From the NCBI GenBank assembly GCA_965204755.1, contig OZ242011.1, positions 3,232,001-3,296,000 on the forward strand: 64,000 nt of DNA. Direction: 5' to 3'. The stretch is from Candidatus Marinacidobacterium sp. Lineage in GTDB: Bacteria; Acidobacteriota; Vicinamibacteria; Marinacidobacterales; Marinacidobacteraceae. Positions 47,583 to 56,817 of the stretch are shown here, piece after piece. The notes under the pieces were generated by a model. The model ran no database searches. It had not been told where the DNA came from and saw only the letters and a list, made by a program, of their open reading frames with translations. The translations under genes were made by a program, and so were the position numbers. How positions within the stretch are numbered: the stretch's first letter is position 1; each line of letters opens with the position of its first letter.

Positions 47583-49958
47583 GTGGTTCAGGTCTGCCTC
47601 CGCCGTCCGTGGCGCTCGCTCGCCGCGAGGACCGGCGGACGCCCTCTCGGGCGGGGCCCCACGGCCTACCTCGTCGTCGTTTCCGCGTTGGCCGCGGCCT
47701 TGGTGCTGGCGCGCATGTCCACTTGGGGAGTGGGCTGGGAGAGGGACTCCGCCCACTACCTCGCCGCGGCGCGCACGCTGCTGGCCGGAGAGGGTCTCCA
47801 GGAAGTGCGCGATGCCCCGTTCACCTGGTGGCCCCCGCTCTACCCGCTCCTCCTGGCGGCGGGAGGCATCTTCGTCGACCCGCTCGAAGTTCCCGGCCCG
47901 CTGAACCTGGTCGCTTTCGCGCTGACGATCTTCTGCTTCGGCCGCTATCTCTGGGCGCGACTGGATTCGATCTTCCTCAGGGTCTGGATCCCGCTCGCCT
48001 GTGCGCTCTCGCTGCCGCTCGCCGAGGGCGCTCGCTGGGCGATGACAGAGACGCCGTTCATCCTCCTGACGACGCTCGCACTCATGAGCGTCGACGAGTA
48101 CCGCGCGAATGGCTCGTCGAAGGCTTTCCTCTTCACGGCAGTCCTCTCCGCCCTGGCGTGGCAGACCAGATACATGGGCGCGGCTCTCGTGGTCACCGCG
48201 GGACTGTTGATCCTGTTCGACGGACGACGCCTCGTTCCGGAACGGGTGAAGCGCCTCGCGGTGTTCGGCGCCATAGCCTCGGCGCCGATGGCGCTGTGGG
48301 TTCTGCGCAACTACGGTTTCGCCGGCCGGCCGATCCCGAGTATCGTTCCGCAGGACTACAGTTGGCGAGGACTCTTCGAGGATCTCGTCGGCCACCTGTG
48401 GAGTTGGGCCGACTTCGATCGGGGCCCCGCGACGCTGGTGTTCGTCCTCTTGCTGGCGCTCGTTGCGGCTCTGGCGCGAGGGCGGCTCGCAGCGATCGGC
48501 CAACGGACGGGCCGCTCGGCGGCCTCTGCCTCGAACCTCGTTACCGTCTGGGGGTTCTTCGGGCTCGCGTATCTCGCCTGCTTGATGGCTTCCCTGATGA
48601 TGGGGGCTTCGTGGAGCGGGGTGCAGGCCCGCTATGTGACGCCCTTGTACATTCCGGCGCTCGCCGTCTTGGCGGGCCTGCTCGACCGGTTCCTCGTCCG
48701 GGAGCGAGCCCGCCGCCGGTCCGTAAGTCGCCTGTTGAGCCCGGTCTCGATGATCTGTCTGTCGGCTTGGTTGGTCGGGCAGGGCGCCCCCACCGTCCGC
48801 GCGATCACTCGCGCGAATTCGGAAGATTTCTCCAACCGGAACGGTTTGGCCGCCGCGCGTTGGACCCGTTCGGAGACGCTGGACGCCCTCGTACGCCTTC
48901 AGTCCTTGCGTATCCGACCGACTGCCACCAACGATGCGGACGCCGTGTCCCTCCACACCGGCGCGCGCGGTTTGCGGGACCTGCCGACAAACCGTGAAAT
49001 CGCCGTGAATTCCGACTTCACCGAGTGGCTCGACCGCCTGCCCGACGGGACCCGCATCGTCTGGTTTCGGCGATGGGACGCGGAAAGGGAACACTTCGTC
49101 CCGACCCCGCTCGCGCTGCGGTTCACGCCCGGTCTCGTTCCGGTCGGAGAGTTCGGCGACGGAGCCATCCTGGAGGTCGACCGTTCTTCTTCCCCGAAGG
49201 TTCCGCCGGCAGCCCGTTTCGATTCGCGGGCCGTCGCTCCGCCGGGCGCGCTGATCGCCGGCGATGTATTCGATGTCTATCTCGACGGGAACGAAATCCG
49301 GTACTTCCGGGAACCGTGCGCCGCCCGCGATGTGGAGGCCCGCTTCTTCCTGCATTTCTACGGCCCTCCGACCGAGTTGACGGCCGGTTCGCCGGCGGAT
49401 GCCGCCCGGAAACGGAAGTTCGAGAACCGGGACTTCTCTTTCTTCGAATACGGCGCCATCCTCGATGGCCGTTGCTTGGCGATGGCGCCGGCGGCGGATC
49501 CGGGCGCCTTCCGGATCTCCACCGGCCAGTTCGCGCCGGGAGAACCGCCGACCTGGAGCGTCGACCTGTGGCCCGGGAAGCGCCTTCTCGAGTCGCGACT
49601 CGAATCCATCTCCTCCGGCGGGCTCGGCGAGCCGAAAGCCCGCTCCGCCTTCGACATCTATCTCGAGGATTCCGCCGTGGTGTTCCATCGCGCTTCGTGC
49701 GCTTCGAGTGACTTGGAGGCGCGTTTCTTCCTCCGCTTCGGTCCGGCGCGCGAGACCGACCCGCCGCTCGATCCCGCTGGCCGCGGTCTTCTCGAACGGG
49801 ACTTCGATTTCACCGATTTCGGGTTTCTCTCCGACGGTCAGTGTCTCGCGCGGGCGCCGCTCCCGGACTCTGTCGGGGGCCGCCTCCGCGCCGGTCAGTT
49901 CTCGCCCGACGGAGAGCCGCTCTGGTCGGTGGAAGTCGCCCTTTCCCCCGGTCGGTAG
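47583..49958 (+). CDS. GT-C membrane glycosyltransferase (ArnT/PMT-like) with two C-terminal Cys-containing repeats
   Basis: DSAHYLAAA, WPPLYPLLL, MTETPF, TRYMG, ARYVTP; start uncertain. Confidence 0.78.
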   Translation: MVQVCLRRPWRSLAARTGGRPLGRGPTAYLVVVSALAAALVLARMSTWGVGWERDSAHYLAAARTLLAGEGLQEVRDAPFTWWPPLYPLLLAAGGIFVDPLEVPGPLNLVAFALTIFCFGRYLWARLDSIFLRVWIPLACALSLPLAEGARWAMTETPFILLTTLALMSVDEYRANGSSKAFLFTAVLSALAWQTRYMGAALVVTAGLLILFDGRRLVPERVKRLAVFGAIASAPMALWVLRNYGFAGRPIPSIVPQDYSWRGLFEDLVGHLWSWADFDRGPATLVFVLLLALVAALARGRLAAIGQRTGRSAASASNLVTVWGFFGLAYLACLMASLMMGASWSGVQARYVTPLYIPALAVLAGLLDRFLVRERARRRSVSRLLSPVSMICLSAWLVGQGAPTVRAITRANSEDFSNRNGLAAARWTRSETLDALVRLQSLRIRPTATNDADAVSLHTGARGLRDLPTNREIAVNSDFTEWLDRLPDGTRIVWFRRWDAEREHFVPTPLALRFTPGLVPVGEFGDGAILEVDRSSSPKVPPAARFDSRAVAPPGALIAGDVFDVYLDGNEIRYFREPCAARDVEARFFLHFYGPPTELTAGSPADAARKRKFENRDFSFFEYGAILDGRCLAMAPAADPGAFRISTGQFAPGEPPTWSVDLWPGKRLLESRLESISSGGLGEPKARSAFDIYLEDSAVVFHRASCASSDLEARFFLRFGPARETDPPLDPAGRGLLERDFDFTDFGFLSDGQCLARAPLPDSVGGRLRAGQFSPDGEPLWSVEVALSPGR

Positions 49959-49962
49959 AAGA
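49269..49962. repeat. ~690-bp direct repeat, copy B (3' end of glycosyltransferase 2)
   Basis: High identity to 46864..47557. Confidence 0.92.
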
Positions 49963-50003
49963 GCCGGGCGGCTCGCGGCGGGCGGTCGCCGAGGCCGGCG
50001 GTC

Positions 50004-51170
50004 TCAGTCCCGGCCGCCGAGGCGGGGCAGGTCGCGCGTGATGCGCCGCGCCGGCAGCGCGCGGATGTTCGGAGCGAGGTCGTAGGTCTCCGTCCCGGCG
50101 TGGATTACTTCGAGTCGTTCGAGACCGAGCGACTCGAACGCCGACGCCATCGAAGGTGTCCGCCGCGGCGCCTCGGCGCGCTTCACTTCGAAGCCGAGTC
50201 GCCGATTGCCGGAGACGACCAGGAGGTCGAGCGACGCGCCGGAGTGGGCGGTCCAGTGGTAGCAGTCCCGCCGGGGAACGCCCGACGCGCGGACGACCTG
50301 CTCGATGACGAAACCTTCCCAGGACGCGCCCGCCTTCGGATGGGAGAGCACTTCCTCGCGCCCGGTGAGGCCGAGCAGGGCATGGAGCAGCCCGGAATCG
50401 CCCAGGTAGATCTTCGGCGAGCGCGACTGGCGCTTACGCAGGTTCTCGAACCACGGCGGAAGTTGCCGCACGAGGAAGACCGAGGTGAGGAAATCCAGGT
50501 AGCGCCGGACGGTCGTATGCGAGACGCCGAAGGATCGGCCGATCTCGGCGCCGTTCCATAGTTGCCCGTGCCAGTGGGCGAGCATCGTCCAGAACCGCCG
50601 GTAGGTCGTGGAGGAGACCGGACTGCCCCACGCCGCCAGGTCCCGCGCCAGGAAGGTCTCGATGAAGAGGTCCCGCCACCGGCGGCTCGCCCGCTCCGAG
50701 GCTGCGAGGAAGGACCGCGGAAAGCCGCCGCGTATCCACAACCTGTCGATGTCGTTTCCGGCTTCCGACAGGTCGAGACCCTCCAGGTGGTGGAACGCCA
50801 CCCGCCCGGCGAGCGACTCGGAGGTCTGGCGGAGCAGGTCGCCCGACGCGCTGCCCAGCACCAGGAACCGGGCGGGCGTCTTCGGGCGGTCGGCCAACAC
50901 GCGCAGCAGCGGGAACACCTCGGGGAGGTGGTGGATCTCGTCGAGGACGACGAGCCCGCGCAGGGGCCGCAGTTCGAGCCCGGCGTCGGAGAGCCGGGCG
51001 AGATGGATCGGATCCTCCAGGTCGAACCAGTGCGTCGGGCCGCGCCGGGCGTCCCGCAACTGTCCGGCGAGGGTGGTCTTGCCGACTTGGCGCGCGCCGA
51101 GCAGGCAGACGACCGGGAACTCGCGGAGGAGTCGGCGGACGCGCCGCAACTCGCCGGGCCGGGAAATCAT
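50004..51170 (-). CDS. AAA_14 ATPase + DUF4143 protein, paralog of 31397..32566
   Basis: GARQVGKT, LDEIH, LGSAS, SESLAGR, RGGFP, PKIYLGDSGLLH, FEVK. Confidence 0.9.
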   Translation of the reverse strand: MISRPGELRRVRRLLREFPVVCLLGARQVGKTTLAGQLRDARRGPTHWFDLEDPIHLARLSDAGLELRPLRGLVVLDEIHHLPEVFPLLRVLADRPKTPARFLVLGSASGDLLRQTSESLAGRVAFHHLEGLDLSEAGNDIDRLWIRGGFPRSFLAASERASRRWRDLFIETFLARDLAAWGSPVSSTTYRRFWTMLAHWHGQLWNGAEIGRSFGVSHTTVRRYLDFLTSVFLVRQLPPWFENLRKRQSRSPKIYLGDSGLLHALLGLTGREEVLSHPKAGASWEGFVIEQVVRASGVPRRDCYHWTAHSGASLDLLVVSGNRRLGFEVKRAEAPRRTPSMASAFESLGLERLEVIHAGTETYDLAPNIRALPARRITRDLPRLGGRD

Positions 51171-51209
51171 GACTGGAAATATGAACGCATCACGCACAGA
51201 TTTCAAGTC
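51171..51209. promoter_or_regulatory. Inverted repeat (13-bp arms, 13-bp spacer) abutting the AAA-DUF4143 start codon; possible operator
   Basis: GACTGGAAATATG-N13-CAGATTTCAAGTC, 11/13 complementary. Confidence 0.45.
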
Positions 51210-51327
51210 GCGAGGCCGGCCCGCGCGGGGAGGGCGCCCCGGCGGGGGATCGAGCCGGGGGATCGAACGGAGACTTCGTACTCTCCGGTCGAGGATGCGG
51301 CGGGCGGGGAGATTCCCCCGCGGGCCG

Positions 51328-53412
51328 TCACCTGCCGATGCGGCGGAGGAGGTCGGCGGCTTCGGCGGCGAAGGGGTCGTTCGGCGGGACGGACTGCAGC
51401 AGGGTGAGCGCCTCCGGGAGGCGCTGCTGCGAAAGGCGGGTGATCGCCATGAAGAACCGGATCCCCTGCTGGTTCGGGTCGAGGGTGTAACTCTGCTCGA
51501 AGGCCCGTTCCGCCGCCGCCGGGTTTCCGTCGAGCACATGGAGGCGGCCGAGGTTCAACTGCTGGGGGGCGTCGTCGGCGAAGAAGTTGCCCCGGATGGC
51601 GTGGCGGCGCTTCGCCGTCTCGAAGAGTTCCCCGGCTTCGCCCGGCAGTTCGCGGACGCCGACATTGAGCAGCGAAATGGCGGCGTTCATCCGCACGACC
51701 CGCTTCTCGTCCCGGATGCGCTCGACCAGGACCTCGCGGATGTCGAGGCCTTCCGCGCTTCCGCCGGTCTCCCCCAGTTTCAGCGCCGCCACCGCCCGCA
51801 CCAGCGGATGGGGATCGGAGGCGGCGCGGACCAGCGCGGCGGCGGCGGCCTCTTTCGTCCCGGCGTCGGCGAGGTAGCGGCCGAGGTGGCCGGAGGCGTT
51901 CGCCCGGTTCAGCGGGCCTTCGGCCTCGTCCGCGGAGATCGCCAGCAGGTCGTCGAGCGCCTGCCGGTCGAGCGCCCGCGCCCCGGTGTAGGCGCTCGCG
52001 CGGCGTGCGATCTTCCGGCGGCGGGGAGTGTCTCCCCACCACTCGTCCATGCGCGCCTCCGCCCACTCCGGAGTCGTCCCGTCGTGGCATTCGTTGCAGG
52101 CGTTCGGGATGCCGTACCTGGCGGTGTTGGCCGGGGAGGGGATGGAGATGCTGTGGTCGCGCATGGTCGCCCGGATGCTCACCACCGAGCGGGGCATGTG
52201 GCACTCCACGCAGGAACTGCCGGCGCTGTCCGCCGCGTGGAAGGTATGGGCGGTCAGGTCTTCGCCGAGGGCCTGGTGGCAGTTCGCGCAGAGCCCGTTG
52301 TTCGTCGGCAGGAGTTGTTCGTTCTGCTCGATGTCCGTGAGGTGGGCCGCCACATGGCAGCCGGTGCAGGTCGCGCCGCCCTCGACGAAACACTCGCTCT
52401 GCCAGATGCCGAGCGAGTTCGTGGAGAACCGGCGGGTCTTGCCGTCGGGATACCAGGTGGGGTCCTCCGACTCCTCCTGCGTGTATTCGAGCAGCGGGAG
52501 GAAGTGGTCGTAGTAGTCGTCGCCGGCGCGGAAACCGAAGTCCATCTGGTCGCGGAAGGAATGGCACTGGGCGCAGACCATCGAGTCCCGCTCCGCGTCC
52601 AGCCGGGTCTGCAGCACGATCCAGGTCTCGGGGTCGTCGCCGTAGCGGTCGAGGTTTTGGTACTTGTCCACATGGCGGCTGCCGGGGCCGTGGCACCGCT
52701 CGCAGGTGATCCCGAAGTCGAGCCAGGTCGTGTCGTAGCGGTCTTCGTCGGCGTGGAAGCCCTTGACCTGGTCGCTCACATGGCAGCCGAAACAGTTCTT
52801 GTTCCAGAGTTGGACCGGGATGATCCCCTGCTGCTGGTCGGGAGCGGCGATCTCCAGGTTGTGGAACCACTCCCGCCGGAGGATGTCCCAACTCGGCGGC
52901 AGCACCACGATGCGCCCGTCGTCGAGCGTCGACAGGTAGTGCTGGATGCGCCGGTTGCCGAGCGTGTAGTCCACGCGGTGCTCCCGGGGTTCGCCGGTGA
53001 AGAAACTCTCCGTGATGAAGTACTCGTTCCCGGCGCGGCGGAGGGCGTAGCGCTCGCCGCGGAGTTCCAGCGCCCCGGCGGAGAAGTCGCCCTGCACGGC
53101 CGTCGGCGTGGCGGGCTGGACCATCTTGGAGTGCCGCGAGGAAATCCAGACCTCGTGCGCCGAGTCGTGGCAAACCGCGCAGGCGGCGTTCCCGACCATC
53201 ATCGCCGGCTGCTCCGCGAGGGGCGGCGGCTGCGCCGGCGCCGGGAGCGCGGCCGGTTCGCTCGCGGTCGGCGAGCCGGCCGCCGGAGCGGGTGGTTGGG
53301 CGGCGAAGACGACGACCGCGGCGGGCAGCGCGGCGGCGAAGAGCGCGGCGAAGACCGGACTGCCGGCGGCGCGGCGGGGGCGCGGCGGCCGGGGCGCCGC
53401 TCCCGGCGTCAT
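51328..53412 (-). CDS. Exported multiheme c-type cytochrome (8 CxxCH) with HEAT/TPR C-terminus
   Basis: CAVCH, CFGCH, CERCH, CAQCH, CTGCH, CANCH, CVECH, CNECH; signal peptide; helical repeats. Confidence 0.88.
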   Translation of the reverse strand: MTPGAAPRPPRPRRAAGSPVFAALFAAALPAAVVVFAAQPPAPAAGSPTASEPAALPAPAQPPPLAEQPAMMVGNAACAVCHDSAHEVWISSRHSKMVQPATPTAVQGDFSAGALELRGERYALRRAGNEYFITESFFTGEPREHRVDYTLGNRRIQHYLSTLDDGRIVVLPPSWDILRREWFHNLEIAAPDQQQGIIPVQLWNKNCFGCHVSDQVKGFHADEDRYDTTWLDFGITCERCHGPGSRHVDKYQNLDRYGDDPETWIVLQTRLDAERDSMVCAQCHSFRDQMDFGFRAGDDYYDHFLPLLEYTQEESEDPTWYPDGKTRRFSTNSLGIWQSECFVEGGATCTGCHVAAHLTDIEQNEQLLPTNNGLCANCHQALGEDLTAHTFHAADSAGSSCVECHMPRSVVSIRATMRDHSISIPSPANTARYGIPNACNECHDGTTPEWAEARMDEWWGDTPRRRKIARRASAYTGARALDRQALDDLLAISADEAEGPLNRANASGHLGRYLADAGTKEAAAAALVRAASDPHPLVRAVAALKLGETGGSAEGLDIREVLVERIRDEKRVVRMNAAISLLNVGVRELPGEAGELFETAKRRHAIRGNFFADDAPQQLNLGRLHVLDGNPAAAERAFEQSYTLDPNQQGIRFFMAITRLSQQRLPEALTLLQSVPPNDPFAAEAADLLRRIGR

Positions 53413-55133
53413 TCCGGTTCCTCCGGGGTCTCCCCCGCGTCCTCCCGCACCGGCAGCACCTGACGGGGCGCCGGGTTCCGGAGGCGGGTCTCGGCGCCGG
53501 AGGGCCACGCCACCAGGGCCTCCCGCGCCCGCCCGGCGGGGCCGAGGCCGAACACCACTTCGAGTTGGCTCTGCGAGGCGTAGCCGGAGGCGTTCTTGAC
53601 GATCCGGGTCTCCGCGCGCTCCACGCCGTTCTCCTCGATGGTGAGGGTGATCTTGGCGCCGATTCCGTCCCGATTCGAATCCGATCCCCGGAGGCGGAAC
53701 CCGACCCAACCGTTCCGCTCCCCGCCGTCGTTGCGGAAGAGGCGCCCGGGCCCGCCGTTCTCGCTCACCGCCAGGTCGAGGTCGCCGTCCCCGTCGATGT
53801 CGGCGAAGGCCGCCCCCCGGGCGACCATGGGGATCGCCAGGTCGGGCGAGGCGGCGGTCCGTTCCTCGAACCGCCCGCCGCCCAGGTTCCGGAACAGGTG
53901 CGGCGGCTGCCGGTACCGGACGCGCTGCTGCACTGCCGCGATGTCGTTCTCCACATGGCCGTTGGCGATGAACACATCCTGGCGGCCGTCGAGATCGTAG
54001 TCGAAGAAGAACGCCGCGAACGCCAGGGTGAGGAGGCTGGTTCGGCCGATCTCGGAAACCGGCGCCTGGTCGATGAAGAAGCCGAGTCCCTCGTTGTGGT
54101 AGAGCGAGACCATCTCGTTCGAGAAGTTGCCGATCACCAGGTCCGGCAGCCCGTCGCCGTCGTAGTCGGAAGCGTCGATGCCCATCGCCCCCCGCGCGGC
54201 GCCGTTCTCGGCGAAGGCGATCCCGGCGAGCATCCCGGAGTCCTCGAATCGCGCGCCGCCGAGATTCCGGTAGAGGTAGTTCGGCTGGGTGTCGTTGGCG
54301 ACGGCGATGTCCGGGAGCCCGTCGTCGTCGTAGTCGAAGACCGCCGCGCCGAGCCCCTTGCCGCGCGGCTCGTGGAGACCGGCGGCCTCGGTGATGTCCG
54401 TGAACCCCGACGCGCCGTCGTTGCGGTAGAGCGCGGCGCTCGCGCCGCGGTAGGACTCCGGCGTGCAGTAACTCTTGTTCTTCCCGTCCAGCGCGCAGAA
54501 GATGTCCTTCTCGATGCTCCATTCCACATAGTTCAGAACGAAGAGGTCGAGGTCGCCGTCCCGATCCGCGTCGAACCACACCGCGCCGGAGGAGAATCCT
54601 TCGTGGGCTACGGCATCCGATTCCGGGGCGGGCCGGAACCGTCCGCTGCCGTCGTTCGCGAGCAGCCGGTTCGGGCCGAGCGCCGCCAGGTAGAGGTCCT
54701 GGTCGCCGTCGCCGTCGTAGTCGGCCGCGGCCGCGCCGAGCCCGTAGAGCGGTTCGTCCAGACCGGAACCGGCGGTGGCGTCTTCGAAGGTCCCGTCCCC
54801 CCGGTTGCGGTAGAACGCGGCGGTCGCGGGTTCTCCTTCCCGGCGTCCCGGCCACCGCCGCCCGTTGACGAACAGCAGGTCCTGGTCGTTGTCCCCGTCC
54901 GCGTCGAAGAACACCACGCCGCTCCCCATGGTCTCCGGCAGGTACTTCTCCCCGAAGGCCCCGTTCTCATGGACGAACGAAATCCCGGCTTCGCCGGTGA
55001 CTTCGACGAACCGAGGCTCTTCCGCTGCCCCTGCGGCCGCTGCCAGCGCGAGCGATCCGGCGGCGGCGCCCGCCGCGAAGCGATTCCTGCCTTTCCGCGC
55101 CAGGTGGACGCGAAGGGCATCTCCCGGGCTCAC
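53409..55133 (-). CDS. CRTAC1-family protein (FG-GAP/VCBS repeats + ASPIC/UnbV)
   Basis: Repeated DxDGDGDxDL, LYRN, SNRDGIGA, SGYASQS, FGLG; probable GTG start overlapping the upstream stop. Confidence 0.9.
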   Translation of the reverse strand: MSPGDALRVHLARKGRNRFAAGAAAGSLALAAAAGAAEEPRFVEVTGEAGISFVHENGAFGEKYLPETMGSGVVFFDADGDNDQDLLFVNGRRWPGRREGEPATAAFYRNRGDGTFEDATAGSGLDEPLYGLGAAAADYDGDGDQDLYLAALGPNRLLANDGSGRFRPAPESDAVAHEGFSSGAVWFDADRDGDLDLFVLNYVEWSIEKDIFCALDGKNKSYCTPESYRGASAALYRNDGASGFTDITEAAGLHEPRGKGLGAAVFDYDDDGLPDIAVANDTQPNYLYRNLGGARFEDSGMLAGIAFAENGAARGAMGIDASDYDGDGLPDLVIGNFSNEMVSLYHNEGLGFFIDQAPVSEIGRTSLLTLAFAAFFFDYDLDGRQDVFIANGHVENDIAAVQQRVRYRQPPHLFRNLGGGRFEERTAASPDLAIPMVARGAAFADIDGDGDLDLAVSENGGPGRLFRNDGGERNGWVGFRLRGSDSNRDGIGAKITLTIEENGVERAETRIVKNASGYASQSQLEVVFGLGPAGRAREALVAWPSGAETRLRNPAPRQVLPVREDAGETPEEPE

Positions 55134-56770
55134 GACTCCGAGAACAGGCCGCGGGCCGGCCGCGGCGCGGGGGGCGCGAGTCCCGCCGAAGCAGCCGCCG
55201 CGGCGGGAATCGGCAAACGCTCCAGTGACCGCGGCTCGACCTTGATCGCACCCGAGCCGTACGACTTTCCGACGCGGGCGAGGTTCGCGACGGCCTCCGG
55301 GTGCTGGAGGACACGGAAGAGGCCATCGACCGACGCGTTGTCGGTGTGGTGGGGATACACGCAAGAGAAGTTGCTGAGCGGAATGGCGCCGGCGCGGTTG
55401 CGGATGAATCGCGCGTTGCGCCGCCCCAGATAGGCGAACAGCAACGGCGGAGGATCGCGCTTCTCCATCTTGTACCAAGGCCGCCTCGTGGAAATGAGGC
55501 TCCGTTGCGGAATCCCTTCGGCTTCACCGGCAGCGAGGTACCGGCGGACGGCAGAAGGAAAGCGCCGCGCCTCCCGTCCGTCGGGCGTGAAGAGCAGGGT
55601 CGGCCGTCCTCGTTCGTCGAGCGCGTCCAGAGTCCCGGTCGTGATGTGGTCGTCAGGGGCGTCCCGTGTCCGGCCGATGGCCGGCGCGAGGAACGCTTCC
55701 GGGATTCCGAGATCGCGCGCCCGCTGTGTCGTCAGGAAGAAGAACGCATTGGCGCCGGTGGCGATCCCCCGCATGACTCGGGCGAAGTCACCGAGGCGCA
55801 TCTCGCCGTCCTTGCCGTCGGTCGGTGGTCGCGACAGACCGGTCTCGACCGCCTCGGACACCGCGCGCCGCCGAATGTCGAGAACTCGGGGGTCGGACTC
55901 CGTGAACCCCGACGAGGTCCACCGGCGCAGCGTGTCCGTCTCCGGTTGCCGGCATCTCGCCCACTGGATTTCCCCGTTCGGTGCGGCGTTCTCGATGAGG
56001 AAGACGATCGGGTTCGTGTCCACCTGAGGAAACGGTGTCGCCTCGGGCGCGAAGGTGATGACGGCATCCAAGCGGAACTGTGCGGCGATCCAGCGCCAGA
56101 GGATCGGGGCGAAGACGCCTTCGCAGGTGTCGGCCGGCATGATGAACGCGAGGCGCCCCCCCTCGCGCAGGCGCTCCAGGGCGCGGAGGAGGAAGAAGAT
56201 GTGGAGCCCCGCGCGGCCGTCGAGCGGCCGGCCGATCGTTCCGCCGGCGATGGCGCGGAGTACCGATTTGACCGATCGGTCCAAGCGGTGATGGCGGATG
56301 TACGGGGGATTGGCGACGATCGCGCCGAACGGCCCTTTTGGGGGCGACAACACGAAGTCGCGGATTTCGACTCCGCGCAGATCGTCCGGCCGAAGGCCGC
56401 TTGTCCGGGCCTCCCGCAACGCGTCCGGATCGATTTCGGCGCCGGAGAGGGCGAGACGGCGCCCGGTTCGCCGTTCCTGCCGTTTTGCCGCGCGAAAGAA
56501 CGCTCCCGCGCCGACCGCCGGATCGAAGAGTTCGCCCCCGTTCTCCCCCGCAGCGTAAGCGACCATGGCGTCGGCGACCCAGTCGGGAGTCCAGAACTGC
56601 CCTTTCTGGCGCAGTCGCTCCCGCTCCGGGCCGGCGGAGGGAATGCCGGCGGTCGCCGTCAGACGGGAGAAGAATCGCGGCGGTGGCGGCGGCGATCCAT
56701 GCGAGACGGACACGGCTGTCGACCGATTCGAAACGATACAGGAGGCGGAGTCGAGTCGGTGATCTCGCAT
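55130..56770 (-). CDS. Orphan N6-adenine DNA methyltransferase (gamma class, type II-like)
   Basis: KGQFWTP, FDPAVGAGAF, ANPPYIRH, RGIATGANAFF; start uncertain (ATG 56770 or GTG 56713). Confidence 0.87.
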   Translation of the reverse strand: MRDHRLDSASCIVSNRSTAVSVSHGSPPPPPRFFSRLTATAGIPSAGPERERLRQKGQFWTPDWVADAMVAYAAGENGGELFDPAVGAGAFFRAAKRQERRTGRRLALSGAEIDPDALREARTSGLRPDDLRGVEIRDFVLSPPKGPFGAIVANPPYIRHHRLDRSVKSVLRAIAGGTIGRPLDGRAGLHIFFLLRALERLREGGRLAFIMPADTCEGVFAPILWRWIAAQFRLDAVITFAPEATPFPQVDTNPIVFLIENAAPNGEIQWARCRQPETDTLRRWTSSGFTESDPRVLDIRRRAVSEAVETGLSRPPTDGKDGEMRLGDFARVMRGIATGANAFFFLTTQRARDLGIPEAFLAPAIGRTRDAPDDHITTGTLDALDERGRPTLLFTPDGREARRFPSAVRRYLAAGEAEGIPQRSLISTRRPWYKMEKRDPPPLLFAYLGRRNARFIRNRAGAIPLSNFSCVYPHHTDNASVDGLFRVLQHPEAVANLARVGKSYGSGAIKVEPRSLERLPIPAAAAASAGLAPPAPRPARGLFSES

Positions 56771-56817
56771 CCAACGGCGTTCCGTCGAGGAGTGGCGCGG
56801 GCGGGTCTTCGTTCTCG

